64,000 bases of DNA from a virus. The notes beneath the pieces are model-generated. The model was not told the origin of the DNA. It was given only the letters and a program-made list of their open reading frames with translations, and did not search any database. Shown one piece after another: positions 37,475 through 52,400 of the stretch. Made by a program: the position numbers and the translations under genes. Positions within the stretch are counted from its first letter, which is position 1, and each line of letters begins with the position of its first letter. The stretch is taken from positions 32,001 through 96,000 of IMG/VR virus record IMGVR_UViG_3300020193_000005; one strand, 5' to 3'.

Positions 37475-40400
37475 ATGACCGAAGATCACGAACAAGGCGA
37501 TTGTTGCCCGCTCTCGCCGGACGGGCATTCGCCCGAGGAAAAATCGTTTTCTTTCGGTCCGAGACAAGTCAGGCCCGACGAATTTGACGCATTTGTTGAC
37601 AAGGAATCCGCTAGATCGAGGGCTCGACAACTCGGGTGCATAGGAATCAGGCAGTACAGTTCGACCGCCGGCGGTTTGATATGGATGCCCTGTAGTAACG
37701 AATCGGACTACAGAAGGGTGACCGGCAGAAGTCCCCTGGGAAGAAGGGAAAGAAGACGGATTCTTCGAAACGAAATTGAATCCGTCATGAAGAAAAAAGA
37801 TCTGGGCCCGTCACTCGGAATGAGCGACGCAAGGGACATGAACCCCGCCACGGCCATAGACGCCGACCTGGACAGACTCGTACTCGAGGGAATACCGACG
37901 ATCAACCTCGGTCGCGGGGTGCCGGATCCCACTCCGTTCGGAACGGAAATTCCGAAAATTCCGGAAACTCGAAGAGTGTTGGACGCGCCGGAAAAAATTG
38001 AGGCGAGAACGCCGGACGAACCCAGGAAGAAAAAACTGAAGCGGATACGCAAAATAATCGAACCCGTCGTCGCGCCAAAGGCGTCCCCTCTTTCGTCTGC
38101 GGCGAAAAAATTCGGAAAAATCAACTTTCAAAAAATAACGAAGAAAAAGAAACCGAAGAAGAAAAAACTCAACTATTCGACGGTTATCGGCAACATGGAG
38201 AAACTCCTGACGGATTTTCCCGTCGACTACTCCTTCGTTCCGAAACCGATCTCCGACGATGCGAGATCGAAGCTCGGCTTGACGGGGGCGGCGGGACTAC
38301 CGGCCGAAAGAATAAGATCCGGCGCGGCGATCGCGGAAATTTCGGAACAATCCATAAACTCCATGAAAAATATTTTCCAAATGATCGGATCGCAGACCGG
38401 AAATCAATACGCGTCCTTGATTGATTCGCGAATAGCGAAGATGAATTCAGCCCAGAGACCCGTCGCCCCTCGGCCGCCGACCGGATCGGCGACCTTACTG
38501 GGCGCCATTCTCTCCGTTCAGCGTTCCAATAACGAGGAGTTCATCGGAACATACGGAGTTGGGGATTCCGATTTGTTCTCGGAGAATTACGTATCGTCCA
38601 TGGAGAAACTCATATCGCAGGGATTTTTTCCGGAGACCGCGTCCTATCTGGTTTCCAATTTCAACGACATGGACGGAGGGCAGAGAAAAGCGGCGAACAT
38701 GCTCGGCATGTCGGATCGCTCCCTCAGGAGACTGAGGCGGGCGGCCGAGAAATCGAACAAGGTCTTCGGGGTCGGTACGGAAACGATCGGCTTGGCGAAG
38801 GTGGACTCGGATCCTTTTGAGGTGGCGACCGCGGTCCTATTGGCGAGAAACTATCTTCTAGAGAACGCTCGCAAAAACGGCGTCGATTACGACATGTGGC
38901 GGGCCGTCAGCGAATTGACCGGGGCGAACAAGCAGGTCACGCGCCGAATGTTTTCCTCGATTTTTTCCGCGAACAGAGATTATCTCGGGGAGGTTTACGG
39001 GGACTCTCGAAACGTCTCCGAGTACGGTAACGGGCTACTGAGGCTCGCCAGCGGCGCGGCGGCGAACATGTCGGAGAACGACGCGACCGACCTGAACTCG
39101 ATGATGAACGACAGCGATTCCGGGGCTATGGCCATATACATTCCCCCCTCGAATCGGAGACCGAGGGATATCAACCCCAAAGCATCCCTGATTTACCCGA
39201 TGCACAAACGTCAATCCGGTAGTTGGAGCGAAATAGCCAAAGACGTTCAAAAAATTCTGCGAAAGATAAAGAAGAACTTTCGCCACGTGGGGGACGCAGA
39301 ACCGAAGCGATTCTCGTCTCTGGAAAAAGACATCGGGCAGATCCTGTTGGAATTGTTGCCCTACAGTTTCACCGACTACGCGAGGGAGATAGCGATACTT
39401 CAGGCGATACTGAGGGATAGGGTCGAATTCAATCTTCTTCCCATCGGAGAAGTGGGGAGTAACATCGGAGGAAAATTCGTTCCGGACGTACAGAAACTCT
39501 CCGTGTTGGGGCAAAACGGATTGTTGGATTTGTTCGAACCGATCAATGCGGTCAACGCTAGAACGCCAGAAAGAGACCTCGTTCCGAAACCCCTAAGTCT
39601 CGTGAGGGCGATATCTCTTCTAACGGAGGCGCTCGATATCGCCTCCCGAGCCGCTTCCGAAATTCTCGCCACGACCGGCAGGGAGCGATTTTACGGTGAC
39701 ATCGGTTTGAGAACGAGACAGGAACTCGAAAGGCGAGACAAGTCAGCAGTCAATTTTCTAGTTTCCGACGCCTACCGCACCAGAGACTACGCCGAAGACG
39801 TGGATGGGTTCTCCCCGTATGAGCAACTCGTCATTTTCGGTCGAGGAATGAAGACGACAACGGACGACGTCGGGCAGATTCGCGATTACCTCAGCGATCG
39901 CCTGAGAAGATTGGAGAGAATCACCAATTTCGGTGGCACGATGGATGCCAGCAAAATAAACATGTTCGAAGCGACCGAGTCGGGGCTCGGCGACGAAATT
40001 ATCGACGCAATCAGGGGCATAAACGAAGCTTGGTTCAACACTCTTCTCCCCTCCTACGTCAAACCGGTACCGGTGGCGGATCCGTCGACTCGAGAAATTC
40101 GCGAATTGTCCCCGGGGAGTACGGCGAGAAGGTACAGAACGGCGAAACAATTCTCCGACGCGCTGGCCGAGACGTTTGACTCGCTATACATGCGAAACGC
40201 TTCGCCGGATCTCCCGTCATCTCTTTTCGACCCGGAAGGCGAAACGATAGTCAAGGACAGATTCTTCGACGCCTACGAAGAACTTTTGCCGCTGATACTG
40301 GATCCCGAGAATCCGAGTCGCCCAGCGTTTACGTATTCGGAGATAGATGCGGCGATCCGGGAATCTTTCGCCGAACTATTGGATCGAAAGCCAAGAGGCG

Positions 40401-43400
40401 TCGCAGAGTTGATGAAGAATCTATTGAACGACGGTCTCATGGAGGACGTAAAGAGAAACTTAAGGAATAGGTTCGGCGGTTACGACGCGTCCTTGGGCGG
40501 AGATCCGCGGGTGACGGAAAAATTCAGGTTCGTAGACGCTCAATCGATCATACCTCGCCTGACCAGGGAGCGTTCGGCGAGAAGGCTCAGGAGGGCGACC
40601 GCCTCGGTTTCCGACGACGGAGATTCGGGAAGAATGGGCGGTTTTTCCGTTCCGAGACCCATCCAGTCGGCGACCGGCGGAACCCCCGGGGGAATCGGCT
40701 TTGATAAGAATTACGTGCGATCCGGTGATCTCGCCAACGAGATGCGTCAAATAGACGAAAACAGCAAAAGGTTTTGGGACATGGTCGACGACAAGGTGTC
40801 GTTACGGGTGGCGGCGCGCGGATTGGCTCTACTCGAAGACCTAAAAGATCCTCAAAAACTTAGATCACTCATCGACGACATTTCTTCCCTTGCCCCGACG
40901 ATCAACGGCCAGAGACTGGAGCCCTATTCGAATAACGATGCCATCGCCATAGTGAAGGGGATGAAGGATTTATTCGATAGAAACGAATTGTCGGATATTG
41001 CGAATAATTCGGTTACCTACGATCCGGACAGACCGTGGACGGCGAACGTGATGACCTTCCTGATGGGCAGGCAAACGGGGAAAAATCCGCTACCGAAACA
41101 GTTTTTCGGGGCGCACCCCGACAAGCTCAGAGACTTGAGATTCGCGCCCCTTTATTACGACAACAACATGAGAACCCTGAGACCGTTCATGGAGTCTCTA
41201 GGAATCGGATCCGACGGAGAGATGATCAAATTCGCAATGACGGGAAGACCGATTACCGGGAGTAGAAAGCACACGAGTCCGAAGAACAAGGACAATCAGG
41301 AAGCCAATTACGTGGGAGACGTGATGGCGATGTTCGTAGAGGGTCCGGAATCTTTGTCGAGGTACTCGGGCGGCGACAACGAGAACGATCCGAGAAGAAA
41401 CTCCGACGTTGGCATAGGTCAGGCTTTCGAATACGCGTATCAGGTTTATCTGCGCGATCCGAGAAGAAAAATGAACGGTTCCCCGCTTTTGACGGTGGTC
41501 GGCGATCCCGCTAGAGAATTCGCGGTGAGGAACGATTTCCGTAAACGCATTCACGACCTGTGGAACGAAGCGGAAAGAGTCTACGGCAGAGAGATACAGG
41601 GAAGGCCGGCGCCGATTCAGGACGAAGCGTTGTATTACGCGGCGACGCAGGCGGTCAAATTGGCGGAGACGAATTCGTCAAGATTGGTCACGAGAGAAGA
41701 TTTCTCCGAGGTTATGGACGTCATCCTACGAAACGATATGGGAAGGGGATTTAGCACCTTCGGAGAAATCGCAACGGCTATTTTGGGAGAAAAAGCCGAA
41801 GCTTTCCGCGAACTTTCCGGTGAGGATTTGCGAAAAGCCGTAATCAACTCCATGACCCCCGAGTTGAAGAAGAAATTGACGGACAAAAAAAAGAGAATGA
41901 AAACGGCGGAAGAAATCTTCTTCGCCTCGGCTGTGGCGATCGCCGATTTCCCGTGGGATTCGGACGACGATCATTCAAATAAGAAGAAAGAGGATTGGAT
42001 TGAAGTCGGAAAGAGAATCGGGGAGCTGAACCAAGCCTCGGTTTTTTACGACGAATTTTATAAGTATTTGTCGGAAAACGGAGGGGATAACGCCAAGTAT
42101 TTTGACGCGCGATTCGGGAAGTTCATCACATCCAATCAATTGAGCGTGATAGTCGACGACATAGCGCCAGGATTAACCGAGGGAATCTTCGCCGGAGAAT
42201 CGGGTCGCATGTCGAAGGGCGAAATGATGAGCGAGGAAGAATACAAAGCCATTGTCGCGGCTCGCAATGCCATCGTAGAAAGAGTCAGGCGAAGCAGGTT
42301 TTTGTCCTCCCTTGATTTCGCCCAGGAAAAAGTCGACGAAATCAACGAATTAGCCGAGAAGGCCGACAAGCTGATCGAATGGAAGAGAGCGAGACTCCTG
42401 AGCCTTGTCACGCCGCGCGATGGCGCACTGACGGACGACGACTGGTTCGTCTACGCCGCGATAGGCGGTTTCTATCGACCCTTCCGATCGATATTCCTGC
42501 AAAGATTTGACGAAAAAAGCGCTCCGATCAGCGTGACAACGGCGAGAGATAAGCTTCGCACGTTCATAGCCGAGGCCGGATCGGACGTCGTTAGGGAACT
42601 GTTCGGATGGGTTTCGACCGCGATCAGGGGGGAGGAAGACGAGCCGACCGAGGACGGAGAAACCAAGTTTAGAACGGTCTACGAGCTGACCTCCGACGGC
42701 GGAGTATCGCCGATTTTGGATCGACCCGACCTATTCGAGCGATCCGACGACGCAAGAAACGAAATATCGTACATAGATCCGAAGGCCAAAGAACCGATCA
42801 TGGTGAGAGCCGAAGACGGGAGCCTGATACCGAAACAGAAATCCCCGGCCGAATTGAGGAAAGCCAGCACTCCCATCAAGGTATTGACTCCCTACGGAAA
42901 ACTCAACAAAGCGATACTTGACGGAGCGCTAAGAGCCGGTCTCGTCGCGATGCCGTCGGCGGACGAGGCCGAGAACGAATTACCCCTAGATATAGCACTC
43001 TCCGTCTTCGGGGGAGAATTGCCTCTCATCGAATTGCCGAAATCCTGGCACGAACCGCTGAGCGACGAGGAGCTTGAGCTCACCTTCACGCGAGCCGATT
43101 TGGCCGAAATAAGTAAGCAAGTAAAATTGTTCAACAGAAGATTTGCGCTGGAGATGCTCACAGGGGAAAAGGTTTCCCCGGACGTTAGCCAGAAGGTAGT
43201 CCGCGGAAAAGCGGAATTTATCGCCACGCCGGAACAGTTGAGTCAGAATCAGGCGTTGGAAGCCATGAACCCGCTGAATCAATCGAGCGTAAAGTCCTTC
43301 GTGAATACTCTTTCGCCCGAACAGTTGAAAACGATCGGTGCGTTGTTCGGATCCGATCAATCCTCCGCCATCAAGCTGACGCCGGAAATGTTGCTCGCCG

Positions 43401-46400
43401 CCAACGGCGGGTTGGATGAAGTCAATCTGAGCGTCGCCAAATTAATCGTTGAGGCGGCGAAAAAAGTCGCATTTCTGAGGAGAACGGAAAACGGCGACGA
43501 TTTGATAAACCAAAGAGTTGCGACCATCCTCGGCGACTCATCTTTGGGCGACAACGAAAAAAAGGTGATAACCGCCGTCGGCTCCGGCGACTCGGACGCG
43601 GCGAAAAAAGCCTTCATTGATCTCCCGAGAGAGTCCGCGGCTTCCTTGTCTCGATCGTTGCTCAAACCCATTTACGACCTATCGGCGAAGGATGCTCAGG
43701 GAAATTTGGTCGCCGGGATCGCCGACGTCACGCAGACGGACGCGGAATCGGGTCTGCAGTGGACGAGAAATCTACTGGAACATGTTTTGTCGATGCCCGA
43801 ACCTTTGCAGTTTTTGGAGGAGTTCAGGAAGGGGTTGAAAACGGGTGCGGCGAGACGCGCGGTGATAGAGGTTGGCACCTCCAGAACGGCAGACCCGGGA
43901 GCAGAAACAACGGCTCTCCGAACCGTCAAACTCGACGGAGAGTGGATGAAGCGTTTCGTGATCGGAAAACCCGTCGACGGAAAAGGGTACATAATAATGA
44001 GAGTTCTGGACGGCCAGGACAGAACGAGATTGGACGAAATGCGAGAAAAAATACAAAATTTCTCCGGTTCCTCTAGCGAAGCCGCCGAAATAATCTCGTT
44101 GATGACCGACGAAGAAGTAACGAATTTTCTCATCAACAAGGTTTACCCGGCTTTGGTGGCGAAAGGAATGCGCGACAAATTCTCCTTCGGAATGGCCCAA
44201 GTGACGGCGGAACTTGACGCAAAAATGAGATCCATAGGCAGAAGACTGCGTAAATCCTCTTCCGTTACGGAAATCCTCGACGCGACGGAGGCGGCGATAG
44301 CCGAGGCGTTCGACGGCAGAACCAGGGACATGCTGACCCGGGAGGAACTCGTACAGTACGGGGATCTCGTTGCGTACTTCGCCGCCGGCGGAAAGCAGAT
44401 TCTCCCTCCGGAAAAATACCGATCGGCTCTTGCGGAAATGGCGGCGGAGCGACGAAGAGTGGTGCAAAGAATAAAGGATCGGGCGGACGAGGAAACGAGG
44501 GAGGAAGAGGAACTATACGAGGCGATGATGGATCCGCCCATCGAGCAGTCTCTCCTGGAGGCCTTGCAAAGAGCGAGGGATCCGCAAACCATCGCCGATT
44601 TGGCGGAGCAGGAAGAGCTGTACAGGATCATGGGCGGCGGCAGAATACCCGGATCCGGTTTGAGGCCTTACGACGGAGTAGACGAGAATCTGGGGGAGTC
44701 GACTTTCTGGAAAATGTTCCGCCCCGACCCGGTGACGGACGACGATTCCGAACAGAACCGTTTCGGGGAGGGCGATCCGTTCGGACAATCCGATACCGGA
44801 CGCATGACCATGCCGCTGCCTCCCCCGCCCCCCGACCCGGCGGTCAACATCGGGGATAGGGAGTATTCGAGACTGACCAAGGAGAACGCCGAAAGAACTT
44901 TCGGCGCATGGACATATCAGATGATATTCAGAAACTATTCGACCATATTCGGGGGAAGGGGTACCGGGGCACCGCACATATCTCCGCAATCATATCCGAC
45001 AGCGCCGCTGACCAGAAATCCCTATCATTACGACAGGGCTCGACGCGCGATAGACGCGATGTGGAGATTGACGACGGGCGACGTGCCGGAGGCCGTCCGT
45101 ATACGTCTGGAGAACGACGAGAAAGTTCAACTGGAACAAGCCAAGGAGTGGTTGGACGATTTGATTTGGGTCACCGCGGAATACATGCGCATGGCGGGCA
45201 TTGACGTGCCGGACGACTACGACCCGAAATTGGCCGCGAACAAGAACAATCCGATACAACGCATCTTCTTGGACAACATGGCGGAGGCGACTCTTCTCGC
45301 CCTTTACTTCCCGTTCACTTTCAAGATACCGGTGAGGAGTTCGGGAACGGAAGGCGCCGCCGATTGGGTTCCACAGGACGACCAGGATTTCAATGTGGAA
45401 GGGTTGAATTCGGCGGACAGACCAAATCTTATTTACGCCGCTTATCACTCGATCGTGGCCGGGGACTTCTCGGTGTCGAGCGGCATCGATTCCGGAGGAA
45501 GGGACATCTCCAGGTGGATATTCAACCCGAAACCGCAAAACGAAGGACCCGTTACCCCGCTCGGACCCATAGAAACGGAAATTTACGGATCACGGGATGA
45601 CGGAACCCCGCCGACAGACGTCGTGAGCGACGCCACTTCGGGCGGCGAACAAGACGACGGTTCGCCGTTCCTGGAGGATCCGCTAATCAAAGAACTTACC
45701 GATTTCATCGCCACGATTATCCTGAATCCGTTTGGCGGCAGTGAATACTCGTTCAACGAATGGCTCGATCAGGCTAATCGGTACTCAAAAATTCTGGGCT
45801 CTTCGCACTACGAGAAGAGAGGTAGCGGAAAAGGCCTGATTGATCTCGTGACAGAAGATCGTAGCGTCATCAACGTGGACAAGGTGTTGTCCGAGATAAT
45901 CAAGACCGGCGGCGCAGGCGACGAATTCTCGACGCCGGATTCCCTGATTTCCTTCGGGGATCTATCCATCGCCGATCCGGACTACGGTCCTTCGTTCCCG
46001 GGTGTTTCGGACGAAATCAACGCTCCGTCCATGTTCGACAACATGTCCCCTCAGGAGATATCAAAACAAAGAAAAATCGGAATATCTTCGACCAGCAAGG
46101 CGAGCCAGGCCGCGCGAGCGGGATGGTGGGCTTCGCTTCAGTCCGGAAAACACCCGATGGAGATAGCTTCCTCGGAAAAAACCAGCGACGGAATCAACTG
46201 GCATCCGGACATAGTGGAAGAGGGAATACGCAAACACGCGAAGCAAAACGGCATTGCGTCTTCTGTCGTTGACGCGGCTTTCGACGCCGCCGAAAAGGCA
46301 TACGAAGCGAAAAATTTGAGCACGGCGAAACTCAAATCGATCGCCGCGATAAGAGAAATAGTCGACGCGAACCCGAACAATCTGGCGAAAGTTTTCAACG

Positions 46401-49400
46401 ATTTGGAAGAACTACTGAAACAAAGAGAGTCGGAGAGAAAAGAAACGTCGAATCAATACCAGGAAAGAATAAGAAGACCGATTCTGGCCCACGCCGCGAC
46501 GCTGAAAGCCTACGAAGAAATCCTGAAGGTAAAGCTGAAAGAATTGAACGACTTGATGGCCGGCGATAAGACGTCAAAATCCGAGGCGGTAGACAAATAC
46601 AGAAAAGCAGTCGTAGGCGTGTATGCCGACATCGTCAATATCACCAGAGCGATCAGGAAGATGCATAGAGACTCCGTTGCGTCGAAAAGGGCATTGGATG
46701 CAATCGACGAAGAGATTGAACAAATTCGGGACTACGTCCAAAGAGCCGCGAAGGCCGTAAACGTCTCGGTAAAAGCAATAAATCAAAGAATGCAAATGAT
46801 TCGAGCGATAAAGAACGGAATAGCCGCCAGTGGCACGGACAGCGGAGCGATGTCGATTCCGATGAAGTTCGGGAGCGAAATTCTCTACATTCCGGCGAAT
46901 CCGAGAATCACGCGGGAAAAACCGCAGTCCCTTCTGTCGTCTTTCGAGAAGGCGTTGGTCAGGGCGGCCGCGACCATCGGCGACGGCACCAACGAAATCC
47001 CCGAACAGGCCTCGCTGGTTCTCCCGAATCTGCGAATGATCCGCTCTGGTTTGTTCGAGGAGTTCGTCGGTTTGCCGAATAGAAATTCGGTTCGGTCGAT
47101 AGGAAACTCCCTCAGGGTTGCGCTCAACAAATTCGCCTCGGCGGTTACCGCCGAGGAATTCCTGAGAGAGTCGATGGGCGACAGATTCGTAAATTTCCGC
47201 TCCTTGGGCTTCAATCTTCTCCCGGAAAAGACTAGAAGAATCGCCGAGGACGCCATCCTCGACGGAACCATGGTTTCTTCCGCCAATAACGGCGTCACCG
47301 AAAACGACGCCATAGGCGCGATGATCATGCACGCCGAAGCAACGGAGGCGGTCAGGAACGCCATAATCGGGAGCTCGATACGGGACGCGGCGGAATACCT
47401 AAACGTCTCCCAGGACACGGTGCGAGACGCGATAGAGACGGAAAGCAAGTTGGCCGATTTGACAAGAGACGTGACGAGGGCTCATTCCCTGGCGAGACGT
47501 CTATCCAAGTCGAACGATAGGAGATACACGTCGAACTTCGTGAGACGAAAGTTTTACGACCTAATCCAGGACGGGTTCCCGGAGGAAAGACTTCTGTATC
47601 CCTCAACGTTCTCGAGAAATCAGGCGGTGGCCGCAGCACAAAATGCCTTGAGGGTCAACGAAATTTACGGTCTCACGGAACAGGAACTAATGGCCGCTTC
47701 CGGATCGGACGAAGAAATATCTAGGTTGATTTCCTACCTAAGAACCAGGGAAGCCAAAGCGTCGGCGAGAAAGTTCAACGACTTGCCAGAAAACTGGACG
47801 AGAATGTCGTTCGCCGAAAAGAACTCTTGGTTGTCGTCCGAGGAGGGCCTGCGCGCTTTCGGAAGATTTGGAGTAATGGTTCAGGCACAGTTGATTCAAC
47901 AAGAAATAAACGATTTCGGAATACCCGACGGTCCAGTTTTTGCGATGGGAACGAAGATATTCGAAAAAGAAACGATGATTCCGTCGATGATAAACGAAAG
48001 AGGAGTTAGCAGGCTGTTCGTCGCCGACCCGTTGACATCGTACGATCTGCTTCGTTCGGGGAATAATTCGTACTTGATGCTTGAGGATAGATTGCCGTCG
48101 TTGTACGAGATATCCGACGAGGGTATGGCGAGGTTCCTGAATTCCTCTCCGGAATTGATTTCCGAATTCAGAAACGGAAATCTCATGCTTTCGGAAAAAG
48201 CCGCCGAAAAAATTGCCAAAGCCGTCGGCTTGGATTACGCGGAAATATGGGGTATGCGCAGACCGCAGATAGCTACCAACGAGGGGAATTTCTACTGGCT
48301 GGCGAGCAACTGGGCGCTCGTGGGTCCGACGATATCGGCGATCAACGACGGAACGCCGACCAATTCCATATCCGATTTGGTGAACGACGGGGGGAGAAAG
48401 ATACCGCAGAAAGTAAGCGAGTTGATTTCCTCCGGGGTGGTCGACGCTTTCTACGACGCGGTCAATCCGAACGGAATAACCCAGGCCGACGCCGACGGGT
48501 ACATCGCGTCGCTGGGCAAAAAGAAACGAAAGGAAGTAATATCGATTCTGGCTTCCGCTGGTTACGGGGAATCCGAAATCGTGGCGAGCACCGGTTTCAA
48601 CCCGAACACGGTTAGAAACGTTCTCAGGGAGACGAGAATGTCGGGCATGGCTCCCGCGGCCGTCGGTTCACGAGAGTGGACGATGAGCAACGCTCGGGCC
48701 ATCAGGGCGGACTCCAAGAACGGCGTATCCAAGCGGGAGTTGATGAGAAAGTACGGAATAGGCGCCAGGAGCCTGAACTCGATTCTTTCCGAGGGGTCTT
48801 CGGTCGCGTACAGGTCGGCTTACCGTTCGGATTCCGGAGCGATGGCGAGCAGAAGACTGAACGACGAGGCGAAGGTCGCAAGACGCGAGGCGACGGATCA
48901 AGACAAAATCGTCGTCGGCGAGGAGATGGGAATAACCAAGGACGTTATGGGGAACGAAATACGGGACATACCCGGATTCCACCCGATAGTCGCGCGCGTG
49001 GCGAATCCTTTCGAGGCGGAAAACGGAGCCGGGCTCAACGCTGACGGAACCAATAAGGTCGAGTCGCCGGAAAATACCGTGATTGAAAACATCGTTATGA
49101 TGTGGAAGTCAATTACCGATCTCTTCGTGAACTACGCCCTATCCGGGGGAAGAATAAGACTTCCCTCCGACAAATTCCGTTACGTCGCCGGATTCGGAGA
49201 AGACGTCCTGGTGGATCTGGTCTGGGCGGACAAAGTATCCAACATGGGTAGGGAGACGAACTCCTACGGAACGACGTACGCTAAAACTCAGCTTGACGCG
49301 ATGCGGGGGGAATTCAGTTTCGCCATCAAAACTTTGCTGAAAAAAGTGATGGAAGAAAAAGAACTTCGGGGGGGAATCGACGGTCTTGCCAACGCGATCG

Positions 49401-52400
49401 CCGGTCAGCTCGGTCTCGTCCCGAGTTTGTTCGGATACATGTTCGCCATGCACGAAAATTTGGACGAGGTAATACAAGATTCGACTCCGGGTAGATCGCG
49501 CACCCCGTTCAAGCCGTTCGGCACGCAATACAAACGAGCCCTCAAGGCGGTGCTCGCGGCCGACGACCTCTCTCAAACAATTAACGGGGTTCGTAAATCC
49601 GAGGACGCAATCAGCCCGCTCTTGCGCGATCCGAGACAGATGATGAAGTACATTCCGGAGGATCTGAAGCGACGTTACACGGAGACCATTACAACGACCG
49701 ACTCCGAACCGGCACAGGTTGAGGTGTCGGGATTCAACGGACAAGAAGACGTGCGGGTTCTCGCCTACGTGGCATCCACAATCGCCGACCTCGCAAGTGG
49801 CGACGTTGATCGATACTTCGATGAGACGTCCCCTGGTGACACGACGATGTATTTCAACAGTCCGGAAGGAAAATTCATCGCCCTGATGGTGGCGCTGGGC
49901 AACATCAGACCGACATTTAGGTATCTACCGTACGCAAACACCCTCGGTATGTACTACAGCGGAAACGAAAACGACGAAGTGCTTGACGGTTCGGGTTTCG
50001 TGCGTGAGGTAATTTCGGAGATAGAACAAAACTACGCCGCGTGGGCGGAGCGATTCATTGATCGGTTGACCCCGATGGTGAACGACGGGGATCAAAATAT
50101 GCGACTTTACGACGTGTCAAATTTCCGTGATCCGCTTACGGATGGATCGAATTGGGGAAAGAGAGTTTTCCTCGACGGAACAAATTTCAACAACAGCATC
50201 AAAGATGCGCTATTCCTGCAAGGGCAAATCGACGACTCCGATCAGCCGACTTCCATGGTGTTGCAACTGTCGATGACTGGAGACGGGAGCGTCGTGCCGA
50301 GTTTGTCGGTCCTGGATTCGATCATTGCGCCGATGGAGGAGGCTTATTTTTTCGCTCCAGATATCAGGGACGGCATACCGGTCTCGAATTCGGGATTTTC
50401 GTTCGTCATGCCGTCGCCGATGCGGGAAACAATCAGGAGAGCGAGGGGCGACATAACCGCCGAGGGCATATTGGCGGCCGGAGAAATGGGCATAAGCATC
50501 CCTTCGTCCGAGATCGTCGAAGAGAAGTTGAGCAATTTCATTACGCCCGAAAATTACGGGGGAGACACCGAATATTATCCGGGCATAGAAAATATGATCC
50601 GTTGGATGGTGGAACGAGGACTCGCCTCGGAGATAGTAAGGGGTCTCGATTCTCAATCGCCCGGCAGTAAGTACTCAGTCGATCCCGCCGTATTGGAAGA
50701 AATAGACATTTTGACGAGAAGCGAACCCGACTTGTTTCCGAGCGGCGGCCGCTCCGCCCCCATAGATTACACGCTCTCCCCGGATTTGGCGGCTTTGGAA
50801 AAGCTAGTGAAAGCGCCGAACGTATCCACGTCGGTTCCGCTATTCAAGAGGCAGGATTACTTCCACCTAAGGGACGCCATCCCCTATCTCGTATCGCTAC
50901 TCGAGGTGATGAAACAGCGGAATACGGCGACGTTGCCGCCTTCGTACGATCTCATGCCGATCCTGAACGCAGAAACAGGCGACGTCATAGGTATGTCCCC
51001 CGGCAACATTGTTGATTCGGGTATCGATCCGACGGTATCCCTGAACCCGAATTACTGGCCGAGGGCGACGAGATTTTCACAGATGATCATAGAAGCCGTA
51101 CAGCAATCCGAAAAAATCGCCGGCTTTCCCGCGGAGCTAAAACAAATAGTCAACGAAATGACCCCGAGGGAGTTTGCCCTTCTCGATTGGATCGTTTCCA
51201 TGAATCAGTCGTTACAACCCATTTTTGAGTTGTGGGACACGAGCACGCTTGTGGCATTCGAACAAGAAGGATCGCATCCTTCGTTCAACACTAGGCGCAC
51301 GATGGCGGGCACAACCGAGTATCCGTCCAGCATCTTCTCGACTGGCGAGAGGGCGTCCGGACTGCCGCTCGTAGTTCCGCCGAAAAACGTCAGAGGTCAG
51401 CAATTGACGGCGTTCGATGGCCAGGATCAGGTGCTGGATCAGGTTCCTTTCGGTTCGGAAAGAATTGAGTTCGGCGGAACGCAACCCAACAGCGTCGTCG
51501 ACGATCAGGTCTACGCCTACGCAATGGATCAAATATTCAAAAAACTCGCGTCCTACGGATCCAAGTCGTCGGAAACTTTGGTAAACGAAGTGATTTTCAA
51601 CTCTCCGGTAATCCAAACGCTAAAAAACAAAACGCAGATAGACGACGACGACCTGAGAACGCTCCTTGACGACGGCAAGGAATCCGGGGAAGTGGTGGCG
51701 ATGATTTTGTCCGACCTTTTGGCCGAGGGGATCATGCGGGCGGCCGTTAGAGAATCCGGAGCGAATATAAGGTACGCTCCGTTCTCGAGCGGAGACGAAT
51801 CAATCAGGGTCGACGGCGTTCGGGGAGAAAATCTCCGCAAGTTTTTGGACGCGGTCCGACCCAGGCGAGATTTTTACGGATTTTGGTCGATGTACGGACC
51901 CGACGTCGTTTATTCCCTTCCCAACAACGACGAGCCTTATCTTCCGATTTGGGAAGACGACCGCAAACTGACGGAGTTTTTCGGCGTTCGACCTTACGCA
52001 CCGGAAATTTTCTTCCCATACGGATCAACGGAAAAACTGGAGAACGACGCCTCCCTGAAGGGCAGTCTCGTAGGAACCAACGAATTGTTCGACGCTCTAC
52101 AAAGAAGTCCGTCCCGCTGGTGGTGGGATAGACAGGCGCCGCTAATCGGATCAACGGCAGACGATGGAAACGTTACGACCCCGGAAGCGATCGTCGACGA
52201 TGCCGAAAGAACGGCGTCCCAGTACGTATTGAACATGTCCCCGGACGAGCTGATCGAATACCTTCTCTCCGTCCAAGAGAGCGCATCGGGAAGAAGAACG
52301 GAAGAATCGGGAGTCGCAGTTAGACCGCCGAATTTACCGTCGATTTTGCGACGAGCTTTCGGCGACATGAACGATTTGACTTTCGAAAACATTCCGTATA

